Positions 62,636-64,000 of a stretch of DNA of 64,000 bases are shown here, in pieces; position 1 is the stretch's first letter; every line of letters begins with the position of its first letter. The stretch is from the NCBI GenBank assembly GCA_002305115.1, contig DBQF01000001.1, forward strand, positions 437,767 to 501,766, written 5' to 3'. The stretch is from a candidate division WWE3 bacterium UBA1401. Its GTDB lineage: Bacteria; Patescibacteriota; WWE3; UBA101185; UBA10185. The position numbers and the translations under genes were made by a program. The notes beneath the pieces are model-generated. The model did not search any database. It had not been told where the DNA came from and worked only from the letters and a program-made list of their open reading frames with translations.

Positions 62636-64000
62636 ATGTTTGAAAAAATAAAAAAGAGAGATGGGCGTGTTGTTAAGTTTGATTCTGATCGTATTGTTAA
62701 TGCAATTTTAAAGGCAGGCGAGGCTACTGGCGAGTTTAAAGAAAAAACGGCACGTAGACTTGCGTTAAGAGTGCTGTCTTTAGCTCAGGAGACTATTAAG
62801 CGCAAGACTCCTAAAGTAGAAGAAATCCAAGATTTAGTTGAAGAAGTTTTACTTAGCTCCCGTTATAAAAAAACTGCTAAAGCCTTTATTATTTACAGGG
62901 ATCAACACAAGAAAATTAGGGAGATTACAAATTCCGCAGATATAAACCTTGTAGATCAGTACCTGGAACAGTTAGATTGGCAGGTCAAAGAAAACAGTAA
63001 TATGGCCTTTTCGCTGCAGGGGCTTAATAACTATATTTCTTCCGAAATCAGCAAAGTTTATTGGCTTAATAAAATTTACACTCCCGAAATAAAGAATGCG
63101 CACCTGGATGGTGACTTTCATTTGCATGACTTAAATATTCTTTCTGTGTATTGTGTAGGCTGGGATTTAGCCGATTTGTTGCGAGTTGGTTTTGGAGGTG
63201 TGTTTGGCAAAATTGAAAGTAGACCAGCCAAGCACTTTAGAGCAGCTTTAGGCCAGATTGTAAACTTTTTTTATACTTTACAAGGCGAGTCGGCCGGTGC
63301 CCAAGCTTTGTCTAACTTTGATACTTTGCTTGCACCCTTTATTAGGTACGACAAACTGGACTATAAAGAGGTAAAGCAGGCACTTCAGGAATTTTTGTAT
63401 AACATGAATGTTCCCACTAGAGTTGGCTTCCAGACCCCTTTCACCAATTTAACAATGGATTTAACTGTTCCCAGTACTTTAGCTGATGAACATATAATTG
63501 TAGGAGGCGAATATCAAAAAGATACCTACAAAGAATTCCAGCATGAAATGGATATTCTAAATAAGGCTTTTCTGGAGTTAATGCAAGAAGGTGATGCGAA
63601 AGGCCGTGTGTTTACCTTTCCAATACCTACCTATAACATTACTAAAGATTTTGATTGGACTAATCCATTGCTTGAACCCCTGTGGGAAATTACCGCGAAA
63701 TACGGTATTCCATACTTTAGTAATTTTGTTAATTCGGAAATGAGCCCGGAAGATGCGCGGTCGATGTGTTGCAGGCTTAGGCTTGACACTACCAAACTTG
63801 AAAGACGCGGTGGAGGACTTTTTGGTGCACATCCGTTAACCGGTTCTATTGGTGTTGTAACCGTAAATATGCCTAGAATTGGTTATACCTCAAAAAATGA
63901 GAAGCAATTTCTGGCCAAGCTTGGAACTGTTATGAATATAGCTAAGGACAGTTTGGAAATTAAGCGTAAAGTATTGGAAAATTACACAGAAAAAGGGCTT
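62636..64000 (+). CDS. nrdD: Anaerobic (class III) ribonucleoside-triphosphate reductase, 3'-truncated by window edge
   Basis: Not in the ORF track because it has no stop in the window. My own translation gives an N-terminal ATP-cone (MFEKIKKRDGRVVKFDSDRIVNAI), then SMCCRLRLD and GGGLFGAHPLTGSIGVVT, typical of NrdD. The frame is open to nt 64000. Confidence 0.9.
   Translation, partial: MFEKIKKRDGRVVKFDSDRIVNAILKAGEATGEFKEKTARRLALRVLSLAQETIKRKTPKVEEIQDLVEEVLLSSRYKKTAKAFIIYRDQHKKIREITNSADINLVDQYLEQLDWQVKENSNMAFSLQGLNNYISSEISKVYWLNKIYTPEIKNAHLDGDFHLHDLNILSVYCVGWDLADLLRVGFGGVFGKIESRPAKHFRAALGQIVNFFYTLQGESAGAQALSNFDTLLAPFIRYDKLDYKEVKQALQEFLYNMNVPTRVGFQTPFTNLTMDLTVPSTLADEHIIVGGEYQKDTYKEFQHEMDILNKAFLELMQEGDAKGRVFTFPIPTYNITKDFDWTNPLLEPLWEITAKYGIPYFSNFVNSEMSPEDARSMCCRLRLDTTKLERRGGGLFGAHPLTGSIGVVTVNMPRIGYTSKNEKQFLAKLGTVMNIAKDSLEIKRKVLENYTEKGL

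Noticed and set aside
1-64000. Alternative genetic code (UGA recoding, as in some reduced-genome lineages).
   Set aside because: TGA ends several conserved genes at the expected positions, including gatA, ftsQ and the gatA/gatB insert. No conserved gene shows in-frame TGA.

Overview
Gene-dense 64-kb stretch of a visibly AT-rich bacterial chromosome: about 60 protein genes and 5 tRNA genes. I recognise no rRNA, CRISPR array, transposase or integrase. The standard genetic code fits, because TGA, TAA and TAG all terminate well-conserved genes. Content is mostly housekeeping. A lexA operon lies divergent from uvrB, with uvrA and uvrC within 10 kb. The dcw/peptidoglycan cluster is split: murA-mraY-ftsW-[small ORF]-murD-murE, convergent murC-murF, then murG-ftsQ-ftsA-ftsZ. 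Next come rplU-rpmA and lepB, then a surface-glycan block (GH18-like, GH-like, Wzx-like flippase, O-antigen-ligase-like, Ig-like protein, galU). PAP2, HAD and LysM genes are interleaved with tRNAs. The rest is polX, lemA, htpX, gatC-gatA-[127-aa insert]-gatB, a Klenow-type polA, a clpC-like gene, rplS, rlmN, sod, ileS, rodA and the 5' part of nrdD. The trimmed or fused domain architectures and the gene set suggest a reduced-genome bacterium, possibly Patescibacteria/CPR-like; that is inference, not a database result. I found no clear new multi-gene system and no defence-island hallmarks. The unusual signals are mainly non-coding or architectural. (1) A structured repeat of about 100 nt, with CCATCC/GGATGG termini, is attached to the 3' CCA of tRNA genes in 3 copies; a CCATCCGCC motif lies 3' of all 5 tRNAs (the 3' CCA supplies its first three bases at Gly, Asp and Lys). 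(2) A roughly 0.95-kb two-gene cassette next to tRNA-Lys is flanked by 23-bp perfect direct repeats containing a GGTCnGACC palindrome. (3) Promoters recur with a (TGn)TAnnnT -10 box 6-9 nt before the start codon, implying leaderless mRNAs. In contrast, several small, apparently GC-richer orphan ORFs carry strong AGGAGG sites. (4) A small protein with a HEPN-like RNxxxH motif is translationally coupled between gatA and gatB. (5) Domain novelties include a DedA-histidine phosphatase fusion, a ClpC with a McsA-like zinc ribbon replacing the N-domain, and a UvrC without the HhH2 domain. All coordinates, hairpins and alignments were worked out by eye. Nothing was folded, searched or counted by program.
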